Virus record (IMG/VR): IMGVR_UViG_3300012936_000013
Span: 1 to 59,230 of that record
Direction: 5' to 3' (one strand)
DNA from: a virus
Taxonomy: Duplodnaviria > Caudoviricetes
DNA: 59,230 bases
The position numbers and the translations under genes were made by a program. Every line of letters starts with the position of its first letter. Within the stretch, counting starts at the first letter, position 1. The notes under the pieces are model-generated. The model was not told where the DNA came from. It ran no database searches and saw only the letters and a list, made by a program, of their open reading frames with translations. Of this stretch, positions 26,148 through 33,744 are shown piece after piece.

Positions 26148-27049
26148 TTGATTTTCTCCAAGTATTCATCAATTGGGAAACCAGCCGCATCAATCTTTCG
26201 TTTTGTCACGTGAAAGTGGTGTACAACACCCTTAAACTCCCCCGAGGGAACCGATGGATCAACCGTCGTCAACATTTTTCCGTCTGCATCACGTGGGCAT
26301 TCCAACGGCATGTCGTATGCAACACTAATCGCCTTCCACAAAGCTGCTGCTGCCTCCATCTGAGCATCATAAAATCCAAGGAAAGGTTTGAGCCTCTTTC
26401 CGTGGACAGTCACGTCGCTCCACAAAGGTCTGGGTCCGAAGCCGTTCTTTTCGTACCAATTCTGATATTTTTGATAGTATGCATTACTAATCTCAACACC
26501 AACAGAACAATGGTTTACAGTTCTGTTTCCTGCTTGCCACGCCGCATCGTTGGTGTCCATGGCTTGATAGATTGTACCATCGTTGTCAATCATAAAATGT
26601 ACGCTGATACCTCGCTTATCAATAACCTTGGAACAAGACTCTGCCGATAGACAAACATCCCAGTGGTTGACGAACATCGTCACGTCTCTTTTCTTGCCTG
26701 CGTAAGAACTATAAGTTCCCTTCTTGCACTCAAGACCGCCATCGTGATCCCACAACACAACCTTATCCCATTCAATAGGAATCTTGCTGCCGTTACAAAC
26801 GATGTAGTTTCCAGACTTGGACTGCACCTCTGGCTTAATCAAGGCAGTGTTGGACTGTCTTTCAGTGTAAATTCTTCTAAACGTTCCGGGACCACAAAGT
26901 CCATCTGGGGTTAACCCATGCTTTCGCTGGAACGCTCTAATTTTCTTAATGAGGTCATCCTCAAAATCGGCTGCTCCGAACCATGATGGATCCCAGCCAA
27001 GTTTTGCTGCTGACGCTTCATTATAAAAGTATTTGTCAACGACACTCAT
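26144..27049 (-). CDS. Endolysin: peptidoglycan-binding domain plus Amidase_2 (N-acetylmuramoyl-L-alanine amidase)
   Basis: IRAFQRKHGLTPDGLCGPGT; VNHWD, SVHFMIDNDGTIYQ, SVGVEI, HHFHV..KID. Confidence 0.88.
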   Translation of the reverse strand: MSVVDKYFYNEASAAKLGWDPSWFGAADFEDDLIKKIRAFQRKHGLTPDGLCGPGTFRRIYTERQSNTALIKPEVQSKSGNYIVCNGSKIPIEWDKVVLWDHDGGLECKKGTYSSYAGKKRDVTMFVNHWDVCLSAESCSKVIDKRGISVHFMIDNDGTIYQAMDTNDAAWQAGNRTVNHCSVGVEISNAYYQKYQNWYEKNGFGPRPLWSDVTVHGKRLKPFLGFYDAQMEAAAALWKAISVAYDMPLECPRDADGKMLTTVDPSVPSGEFKGVVHHFHVTKRKIDAAGFPIDEYLEKIK

Positions 27050-27057
27050 TTTTCACC

Positions 27058-27825
27058 TCAAACAATAATATCTGCAATGCCAAGCTCTACAGCTTGTTCG
27101 GCATTCAAGTATACGTTCACCTTTCTTTTTAAAAGGTTCTTAATATACTTCTCTGTCATGTCTGTCTCCCGAGCAAGAATTTTAATGTAACGCTCCTGCA
27201 TCCACTTAATTTCTTCCATCTCGTTTTCAAGATCGTGAATAGCTCCGTGGGACGCACCGATTACGCTGTGAATCATCACACGACAGTTTTCACTAATCTT
27301 TCGTTTGCCCTTCGTTCCAGCCGCCAGAAGAAGAACACCGGCAGACATTACCTTGCCCACGCCGTGGGTGTGAATCTCACACTCATCTCTCGTTTGCCTC
27401 ATCATGTCATAGATGCCGAGCATTTCAAATGCGCTGCCGCCGAATGTTGACACGATCATGTCAAATGGCTGACATTCGGTCTTAACGCCCTTTGTCGGAT
27501 CTTCTTCGTCTACCAAAACTTGCTTGGCGCTCGTCTTCTTCATGAGAAGCATTCCGTAGATAACTTCTGCTGCCTTATCTTCGTCTACCCCACCAATAAG
27601 ACCAATAACCCTAACCTTGGGCTTATCGTCTCTCTGGTCGGCGACGGGTGGAGACAAAACAATTACCTGTGGTATTTTTTCGTCGCCAAGAAGATCATCA
27701 ACTGACACTTCTTCGCTTTCCTCACCCGACTCTTTTTCCGCAGGAGCGTCAACCTCAGTCTTTGCCCCTTCTTCTTCCAATTTTTCAGTGATGACCTCAT
27801 CATCTTCGTTAATTAAAAACACCAC
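27058..27825 (-). CDS. clpP: ClpP-family protease subunit
   Basis: STFGGS, GKVMSAG, VMIHS, YLNAEQAVELGIADII. Confidence 0.88.
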   Translation of the reverse strand: MVFLINEDDEVITEKLEEEGAKTEVDAPAEKESGEESEEVSVDDLLGDEKIPQVIVLSPPVADQRDDKPKVRVIGLIGGVDEDKAAEVIYGMLLMKKTSAKQVLVDEEDPTKGVKTECQPFDMIVSTFGGSAFEMLGIYDMMRQTRDECEIHTHGVGKVMSAGVLLLAAGTKGKRKISENCRVMIHSVIGASHGAIHDLENEMEEIKWMQERYIKILARETDMTEKYIKNLLKRKVNVYLNAEQAVELGIADIIV

Positions 27826-27835
27826 GATACCTCTC

Positions 27836-28189
27836 CTAATCTAAGTTGTCTGTTACCTGTTCTAACATTTTTTTGTAAGCAGCTTTCAAAGACTCCAACG
27901 CCTTTCGCCGCTCCTCATCGTAATTAGTCTGGTAAACCACTTTAATCTCACCTTCTTCACGAATGAGTTCAATTTCACCTTTTAAATATTTTTCAAGGAT
28001 ATTTAAGATTCTAGCTGCGTCCTGATCTGTGTACTCTCCGGAAAACTTTTTTTCCACAACCTCACGGACAATAGGACGTGCCATGAACAAACGATCTACA
28101 ACGAGCAAGTTTTCTTCTTGCTCAAAGTAGCGTTCCTTCAGGTTCTCAAAAACTCTTTCAATTATATATTCGGTGTCCGGATCTTTCAT
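27836..28189 (-). CDS. Hypothetical protein
   Basis: ORF track; GAGG upstream. Confidence 0.6.
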   Translation of the reverse strand: MKDPDTEYIIERVFENLKERYFEQEENLLVVDRLFMARPIVREVVEKKFSGEYTDQDAARILNILEKYLKGEIELIREEGEIKVVYQTNYDEERRKALESLKAAYKKMLEQVTDNLD

Positions 28190-28196
28190 CCCAACC

Positions 28197-29549
28197 TCAA
28201 TCTAATTGTTTTTTAGTTTCTAGGACAGCATCACGAATAATTTTCTGGATAGTGTCTCCCAGACCCTCAAACTTCCTTGTTCGGACAGTGCCGTCTTTGT
28301 CCGGTCTTAACTCTCCACCGACTGGCACGGGAGCATCATTACCAGTAGCTTGCCTAATAGAGTCTCCACCAAATGGTGCTGACTTTCTTTTTCGCTGACC
28401 CTTCTGAGCTTGAGCATCGGCACCGCCAAGTGAAGCTAAGTGAGACGCTGCTGCCTGCATGACCGGCTCCTTCGCAATCTCTGCCCCGGTCATTCTCCAA
28501 TTTGGATGTTCTGCCTGTTGGAATGCGGTGGAGGCGATTGCTTCAATATCGTTCATGTTCTGCCCAAACTGCCCGCCAGTTGCTTTGACCATGAATTTCA
28601 TGGCATTAATAATTTTGCCTGCGGCACTCTCTGGCGAGTGTTCTGCTTGTAAGAAGGCTTGAACGTCAGCTTGCATTCTGTCAAGAATTGCCTGTGCATC
28701 TTCTGGCGATGGGTTACCCATTGCCTTTACATGTTCCTCTGTTACACCCGGTCGCAAACTACCGTCACGCAAGTCATATACGTTAGGAAAGATTTCTCCA
28801 CCGAAGATCTCAATTCCCGTGCCGTCAAGAGCTTTTTGGTATCCCTTCATCTTGACAACTTCTTTCTGAAACTGGTCGCTGATGTTGCGAGTTCGGTCTG
28901 CACCAACAGTTCTGTCACGGTTTGAGTCAGCACCAACCGAAACATCAGGTGGAACATTGACCATCATAACACCAACCTTGTACCCTAGCGCCTTCAACTC
29001 TTTCATTCGTGCAGACATTTTACCCACTTCTTCACCCGTAGTGTCAAAAAGTAGCGGCTTTGCCTTCAAAATCAAGTTGTGTGTGTGACCCTGTGATGCG
29101 TTCTGCAAGATTCTTCTCATACCCTGTTGTAAGGTCTCCATAGCCTTAACATGAGCATCGGACGCTGGGTTTTCTGCTTCCGCTTCTTTTTCTTCGTCGG
29201 TCTCTGGGAAACCTTTAACGAACTGCATCGTCACTCCGAACGCAGGAAAAACATCTTCAATTCTCTGGTCTGGGTTGATAGTGTGGAAGTCTTGCTGCCC
29301 ACCTTTTGGAATGCCCACTCGGTCAGAAACAAAAGTCTTTCCTGCTCCGGCTGGTCCCAAGATAAAAATAGCCTTGAACGGATACAAGGCTCTGGCGATA
29401 CTCGTCTTGCCCGCCTCATCAATCATATCTGGAGATTCTAGCAAGAACCCTCTGTTTAGACTGTTTTCGGCTTGGATCGCCTCTGCGATCAAATCTTTTA
29501 ATTCTTTCAGTTTGATTGTCTGTTGACTGTTTTGCTTCTTTAGCTTCAT
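28197..29549 (-). CDS. P-loop kinase (zeta-toxin/AAA_33-like) with IKLKELKDLIAE leader
   Basis: KAIFILGPAGAGKT, INPD, LLFDTTG, NRDRTV; leader-like helix also at the C-terminus (IQKIIRDAVLE). Confidence 0.7.
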   Translation of the reverse strand: MKLKKQNSQQTIKLKELKDLIAEAIQAENSLNRGFLLESPDMIDEAGKTSIARALYPFKAIFILGPAGAGKTFVSDRVGIPKGGQQDFHTINPDQRIEDVFPAFGVTMQFVKGFPETDEEKEAEAENPASDAHVKAMETLQQGMRRILQNASQGHTHNLILKAKPLLFDTTGEEVGKMSARMKELKALGYKVGVMMVNVPPDVSVGADSNRDRTVGADRTRNISDQFQKEVVKMKGYQKALDGTGIEIFGGEIFPNVYDLRDGSLRPGVTEEHVKAMGNPSPEDAQAILDRMQADVQAFLQAEHSPESAAGKIINAMKFMVKATGGQFGQNMNDIEAIASTAFQQAEHPNWRMTGAEIAKEPVMQAAASHLASLGGADAQAQKGQRKRKSAPFGGDSIRQATGNDAPVPVGGELRPDKDGTVRTRKFEGLGDTIQKIIRDAVLETKKQLD

Positions 29550-30061
29550 TTGCTTTTTTCCTCCAAGTTGGCTTGTTTTTGTTTAAGTTCTTGAGCGAGC
29601 TTCATCTCAAATGCCGTGAGCCACGCCATAGCTTCTGCCCAAGTTTCGTAAGGAGGTTTTAAGGAGCTAGAAGTGGATGTAGAGATAAGCCGAATTGAGT
29701 CTTCTTTGAACTTCTTCATGTCCCATTCAAATGTGTTCCACACCGACTTTAATTCTTCGCTGTAACGTTCACCCAGAAAGCCTGAAAGCTCAGCCTTTTC
29801 TTGTTCTGAGAAATTTGATGAACCCTCTGCGGATTCAAGCACTTTTCTCTTGACTTCATCAATCCCAATGGCAACATTGTCGTGCCATTGTCGCAAATGT
29901 CCGTACTGGTTAATACTTTGCGAAAACAATCGTAAAGCCTGAATCTGTGCCATGATAGCCGCCTGCCTCTCCTCTCTAAACCTAAGTAGTCTAGAGAAAA
30001 CGTTGCCAACCAAATATCCTGCAAAAAATCCCAAAAAAATAGAAATTTCCATAGCAACCAC
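29546..30061 (-). CDS. Hypothetical membrane-anchored protein
   Basis: N-terminal TM ISIFLGFFAGYLVG. Confidence 0.6.
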   Translation of the reverse strand: MVAMEISIFLGFFAGYLVGNVFSRLLRFREERQAAIMAQIQALRLFSQSINQYGHLRQWHDNVAIGIDEVKRKVLESAEGSSNFSEQEKAELSGFLGERYSEELKSVWNTFEWDMKKFKEDSIRLISTSTSSSLKPPYETWAEAMAWLTAFEMKLAQELKQKQANLEEKSK

Positions 30062-30075
30062 CTTTCACTAAAGGC

Positions 30076-30107
30076 AAAATGCCGCCTGCACTGTCGCACA
30101 GGCGGCA
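30076..30107 (-). terminator. Putative intrinsic terminator
   Basis: TGCCGCCTG-N10-CAGGCGGCA stem followed by TTTT. Confidence 0.6.
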
Positions 30108-30140
30108 ATATTAGTCTACACGATTATGAGAGAATTAATC

Positions 30141-30710
30141 TTAGCGTCTTCGGCGAAGTCTTTCAGCGACTCTTTCAGCGACACGACGAATGAGTGCTTC
30201 TTCAGCCTTCTCCTCATCCTTCTCGTCTTCTTCTTCATGATCCTTCTGCTCATAACGAGTAGCTGGTTCTTCGTCTTCGTCTTCGTCCTTCTGCTCATAA
30301 CGAGTAGCTGGTGCTTCTTCGTCTTCACCGGCTGGCTCATCTAGAGCTTCTGGTTCGCCCATGTCTGCATCCATCTCTGGTGCTTCTGCATCTGCTGGCT
30401 CTGAAGAAACCGGAGTACCGGTAACTTCTTCAACTGCGCTCGCAATTGCTGCAACGATTTCTTCAACGGCTTCTTGTGGTACAGACTCTGCTGCACCGCC
30501 TGCCGCAGCCTCGGCTTCATCACCCATAGCTGGTTCTTCTGCACCCATATCTGCGTCCATATCTGGCGCTGGTGCTTCTGCGTCCATCTCATCTTCTTCT
30601 TCGGTGAATTGTCCAAGGTAACTTTCTGCAAGTGGCTCAATATTTGCCAACTTCATAAAACGGCGAATCGTGCTCTCGTTAAGGATAGTTCCTTTTGTAT
30701 TCTTTTTCAT
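30141..30710 (-). CDS. Acidic low-complexity putative head scaffold/internal protein
   Basis: LNESTIRRFMKLANI start; E/D/A/P-rich; C-terminal LIRRVAERVAERL. Confidence 0.6.
   Translation of the reverse strand: MKKNTKGTILNESTIRRFMKLANIEPLAESYLGQFTEEEDEMDAEAPAPDMDADMGAEEPAMGDEAEAAAGGAAESVPQEAVEEIVAAIASAVEEVTGTPVSSEPADAEAPEMDADMGEPEALDEPAGEDEEAPATRYEQKDEDEDEEPATRYEQKDHEEEDEKDEEKAEEALIRRVAERVAERLRRRR
30241..30312. repeat. Direct repeat, 27 bp identical, 45-bp period (PATRYEQKD x2)
   Basis: tccttctgctcataacgagtagctggt at 30241 and 30286. Confidence 0.9.
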
Positions 30711-30815
30711 CTTTAACTCTCTCCTAGTATTATGTTAGTTGAGGCACGATAACAGAAAGTGCCTTTCAATGTATAAATAGTGCGATAACCTCAAAAAGTC
30801 CTCATTAAATAAAAA

Positions 30816-31061
30816 TTAGTGCGAGTAATCCTTGAGTCTTTTTTGTAATTTTTTAAATGCCACGTCTTCAATCTGCTTTACACGAGGAAACGTAACTCCA
30901 ATCCTCGGTGCAACCTCTCTCAGTGTCATGGGCTTGCCGTCGTTGTTTTCAATTGCAACAAGGGTGCAATTTAAATCTTCTTCATAGTCCATCCACATTC
31001 TACAATCTTGAACTGGGCATGACACATCTAGTTTCATACATGTTTTACTACACTCTCTCAT
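30816..31061 (-). CDS. Cys-rich domain fused to a sigma70 region-4-like HTH
   Basis: CxxxCxxxxxxCxxxxC..W...NC followed by MTLREVAPRIGVTFPRVKQIE..AFKKL. Confidence 0.75.
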   Translation of the reverse strand: MRECSKTCMKLDVSCPVQDCRMWMDYEEDLNCTLVAIENNDGKPMTLREVAPRIGVTFPRVKQIEDVAFKKLQKRLKDYSH

Positions 31062-31384
31062 ATTCCTGTTTCCCTCTCTAAAAGGTCAAAGATGTTCTCA
31101 ACCTCTTGTTCTGTTAGTGAAAAATCTTTCGCCGCCTTCTTTGAAAGCTCTCTTTCTTTTTTTACAACTTCTCTCTGCCTCTTTGACTGATTCTGTAGTC
31201 GCTCCTTCATCCCTTCAAGAAAAGTCATGAACGCCTCATCTTCACTCAGGTAAGCAGACACGACTTCCCTAAAGAAGTCTCCTTGTGCTAAACTGTCATA
31301 CTGAAGTTTGATTTTAAACTCAGCATGAGTCTTGCCAGTGTCACTGAAAATAATCTTTTTATTTTCTTCGCCGTACTTTGTCAT
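31058..31384 (-). CDS. Hypothetical protein
   Basis: ORF track; ATGA overlaps on both sides. Confidence 0.65.
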   Translation of the reverse strand: MTKYGEENKKIIFSDTGKTHAEFKIKLQYDSLAQGDFFREVVSAYLSEDEAFMTFLEGMKERLQNQSKRQREVVKKERELSKKAAKDFSLTEQEVENIFDLLERETGI

Positions 31385-32403
31385 TTATTAATATGATCAG
31401 AACTTTCAATCTGACCTGCCCCCGTTTGGCGAATAAATTTAGCCTTTGCTTGTAGTTGTGTAATATCACGTGCGCCCGAGTAAGACAATCCACTACGAAT
31501 ACCGCCAGCCAACTCTAGCACCACGTCACGAACCGATCCTCGGTGTGGGACTCGGGTCGTAACCCCTTCGGGGGTTCCTACCTTGCCTCGCCAGTCTACC
31601 TGAGCTTTCCGGCTCGCCATACCTCGGTACTCCTTATATGCCTTTCCGTCTTCCCAGATGACAGATCCCGGTGCTTCGGTGGTTCCAGCAAGCAGAGAGC
31701 CTAACATGACCACATCAGCACCCGCAGCGAGAGCCTTGACAATATCTCCGGAGTTCCTAATGCCGCCGTCGGCAATAATATTGACAGAACCAGCATTGAC
31801 GGAGTTTGCACAGTCAAAGATAGTGTGCAATCCCGGAACACCATGACCCGTCTGAACTCGGGTTGTACAGATGCTGCCGCCGCCGATGTTGCACCGCACA
31901 GAGTCCGCACCCCAATCAGCCAAGGCGTTAAACCCGTCTAGGGTTGCAACGTTCCCTGCGATGATGTGAACACCCTCGCTTTTATAATTGTCAGACAACC
32001 AACGAAGGGCATCCTTCATAGACACGTGGTGACCATGCGCCACGTCTACACACAGAACCTGTGCACCAGCAGAAACCAGCATGTCTGCTCGGTCACGATA
32101 ATCGCCAGACATGCCAACAGCGCCACCCACTAAACCAAAACAGTCGTTTATGTGAGACGATTGTAACTCTGGTGAATTGTACCGATGGATTACTGCCATT
32201 GCCCCAATTTGAGCCAGTGAGTCTGCCATGGCACGCTCAGAGACCGTATCCATCGGACTAGCGATAATCGGAATCGGCAGAGTCATTCCCGGCTGCAAGT
32301 CAGCCGAAATATCCACCTCCTTTCTCGTCTTAATATCACTGTATTGTGGCACAAGAAGCACGTCTTGATAAGTTAGTGCCTCTTGGATCTTGTAATCGCT
32401 CAC
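31381..32403 (-). CDS. IMP dehydrogenase/GMP reductase family, no CBS domains
   Basis: DVLLVPQYS, SPMDTV, DVAHGH, IGGGSICTTR, ADGGI, YRGMAS; GTG start at 32403 overlaps the upstream TGA. Confidence 0.9.
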   Translation of the reverse strand: MSDYKIQEALTYQDVLLVPQYSDIKTRKEVDISADLQPGMTLPIPIIASPMDTVSERAMADSLAQIGAMAVIHRYNSPELQSSHINDCFGLVGGAVGMSGDYRDRADMLVSAGAQVLCVDVAHGHHVSMKDALRWLSDNYKSEGVHIIAGNVATLDGFNALADWGADSVRCNIGGGSICTTRVQTGHGVPGLHTIFDCANSVNAGSVNIIADGGIRNSGDIVKALAAGADVVMLGSLLAGTTEAPGSVIWEDGKAYKEYRGMASRKAQVDWRGKVGTPEGVTTRVPHRGSVRDVVLELAGGIRSGLSYSGARDITQLQAKAKFIRQTGAGQIESSDHINK

Positions 32404-32924
32404 TTTGAGCCTCCGTTTGACATAGTATATAGCTTCGGGTTGTTGCCGCCATAGAGAGGCGTGTATCCCGACTTGAACACCACGACCGCAGATGGGAATG
32501 GTGCTGGATTGTTCTTTTGTCCACTGATTGTGTTGTTTCCGAACTTCAGACGACCTCGGACAAAATAAAGTTCGTGTGCTTGCATACAATAGTCGTGCCA
32601 GTATTTCGTATCCGTCCGTGACGGAATCAAACACACAACAGTTGTACCTTTATTGTTCTTAGCTTCATCGTGAGCCTTCTTGATCCACTTTCCAATCTGG
32701 CGACCGTAAGGAGGGTTCATAAACACTGTCTCGCCAGCCCAACTCTGATCAAGACCGTTGTCAGTTTCTGTGAAGTATTTATCACACTTGGCTGACTGCT
32801 CCGTAGCGCACGGATCTAGTGTGAAGCCATAGTGCTCGTTTAGCCGGTCATAAAACGCCTGTGGCGTATCCCACTCGTTACTCTTTGAACTATAGTGGAC
32901 TTTCATGTCGTTTTTACTCGCCAT
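32400..32924 (-). CDS. Phage N6-adenine DNA methyltransferase (Dam family)
   Basis: EWDTPQ, LDPCA, FMNPPY, LIPSRTDTKYWH, GRLKF. Confidence 0.9.
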   Translation of the reverse strand: MASKNDMKVHYSSKSNEWDTPQAFYDRLNEHYGFTLDPCATEQSAKCDKYFTETDNGLDQSWAGETVFMNPPYGRQIGKWIKKAHDEAKNNKGTTVVCLIPSRTDTKYWHDYCMQAHELYFVRGRLKFGNNTISGQKNNPAPFPSAVVVFKSGYTPLYGGNNPKLYTMSNGGSK

Positions 32925-33213
32925 CGTTACCCAATGCCTCCCTTACGATTTTTTGTGCAAAGTCCCAACATTCGGGACAATATAAATTAACTTTACCTTC
33001 ATCTTGGCGTACTACAACTCTCCAAGACTCTACCATAGAGCGATCCTTCTTGTCAAACTCTTTTTGACAGTTTAGGCACTCATCACCCATCTTGTCAAAC
33101 ATGTTTAACTTCTGTTTCATCTCTTTTTCTGCGTCTTTCATCTTTTTACGCTCAATCTTTCTTTTTAGACCGCCCAAACTAGCCTCCCGTTGAACCGAAA
33201 CCGCCCGCTCCAC
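32914..33213 (-). CDS. Zinc-ribbon hypothetical protein
   Basis: CLNC...LYCPECW; true start probably near 33180. Confidence 0.65.
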   Translation of the reverse strand: MERAVSVQREASLGGLKRKIERKKMKDAEKEMKQKLNMFDKMGDECLNCQKEFDKKDRSMVESWRVVVRQDEGKVNLYCPECWDFAQKIVREALGNDGE

Positions 33214-33637
33214 GATCAGAGATAGTGATTGGTGCCCAGCCGTAAAGATCTGGGTTGTTGGTCTCTAATGCACGAAACGAAACCACTGGGACCAGTACAA
33301 CCTGTGCAATCTTAGCCAAAGGCTCAATAAGCTGCATTTCTGTTCCAATGTTATGAATGTCAATGAACACTTCTCCGTCATATCCGCTATCTACGCAGTG
33401 AGCGCCGACGACCAAGTTTTTCTTGGAAGCGAGGGATGACCTGTTCATCACCTGAAGCATATATCCGTGCGGAATGCCAAAACGAAGACCAGTAGCAAGT
33501 TTTGCGTTTTCTCCGGGCTGGATCTCAATAGGTTTTGGCACATCCGGGCAGTAAAACACGTCTAGACCTGCATCACTCGGATTTGAGCGAATTGGGGGAA
33601 CTACATGTTGGTGTGTTCTGCAATATTCAATAATCAT
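33179..33637 (-). CDS. dut: Trimeric dUTPase
   Basis: AGLD, RSS, VDSGYDGE, IAQ, RGAGGFGSTG. Confidence 0.95.
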   Translation of the reverse strand: MIIEYCRTHQHVVPPIRSNPSDAGLDVFYCPDVPKPIEIQPGENAKLATGLRFGIPHGYMLQVMNRSSLASKKNLVVGAHCVDSGYDGEVFIDIHNIGTEMQLIEPLAKIAQVVLVPVVSFRALETNNPDLYGWAPITISDRGAGGFGSTGG

Positions 33638-33669
33638 GTGATTAACTCCTTGTTTTTATTGTTATCTCT

Positions 33670-33698
33670 AATATACATCATTTAGCTTACGATGTAAA
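33670..33698 (-). promoter_or_regulatory. Sigma70-type promoter
   Basis: TTTACA-17-TATATT. Confidence 0.6.
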
Positions 33699-33744
33699 GT
33701 AAAATCTGAAAAAATTACCGGCAAAAAAATTTTAAAAATCGCAA

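Noticed and set aside
30241-30312. 45-bp-period repeat as a mini-CRISPR
   Set aside because: Only two copies, in frame, inside a low-complexity coding region
32404-32634. N-terminal extension of IMPDH/GMPR given in the ORF track
   Set aside because: It overlaps the methylase gene; homology begins at GTG 32403, which forms a GTGA overlap
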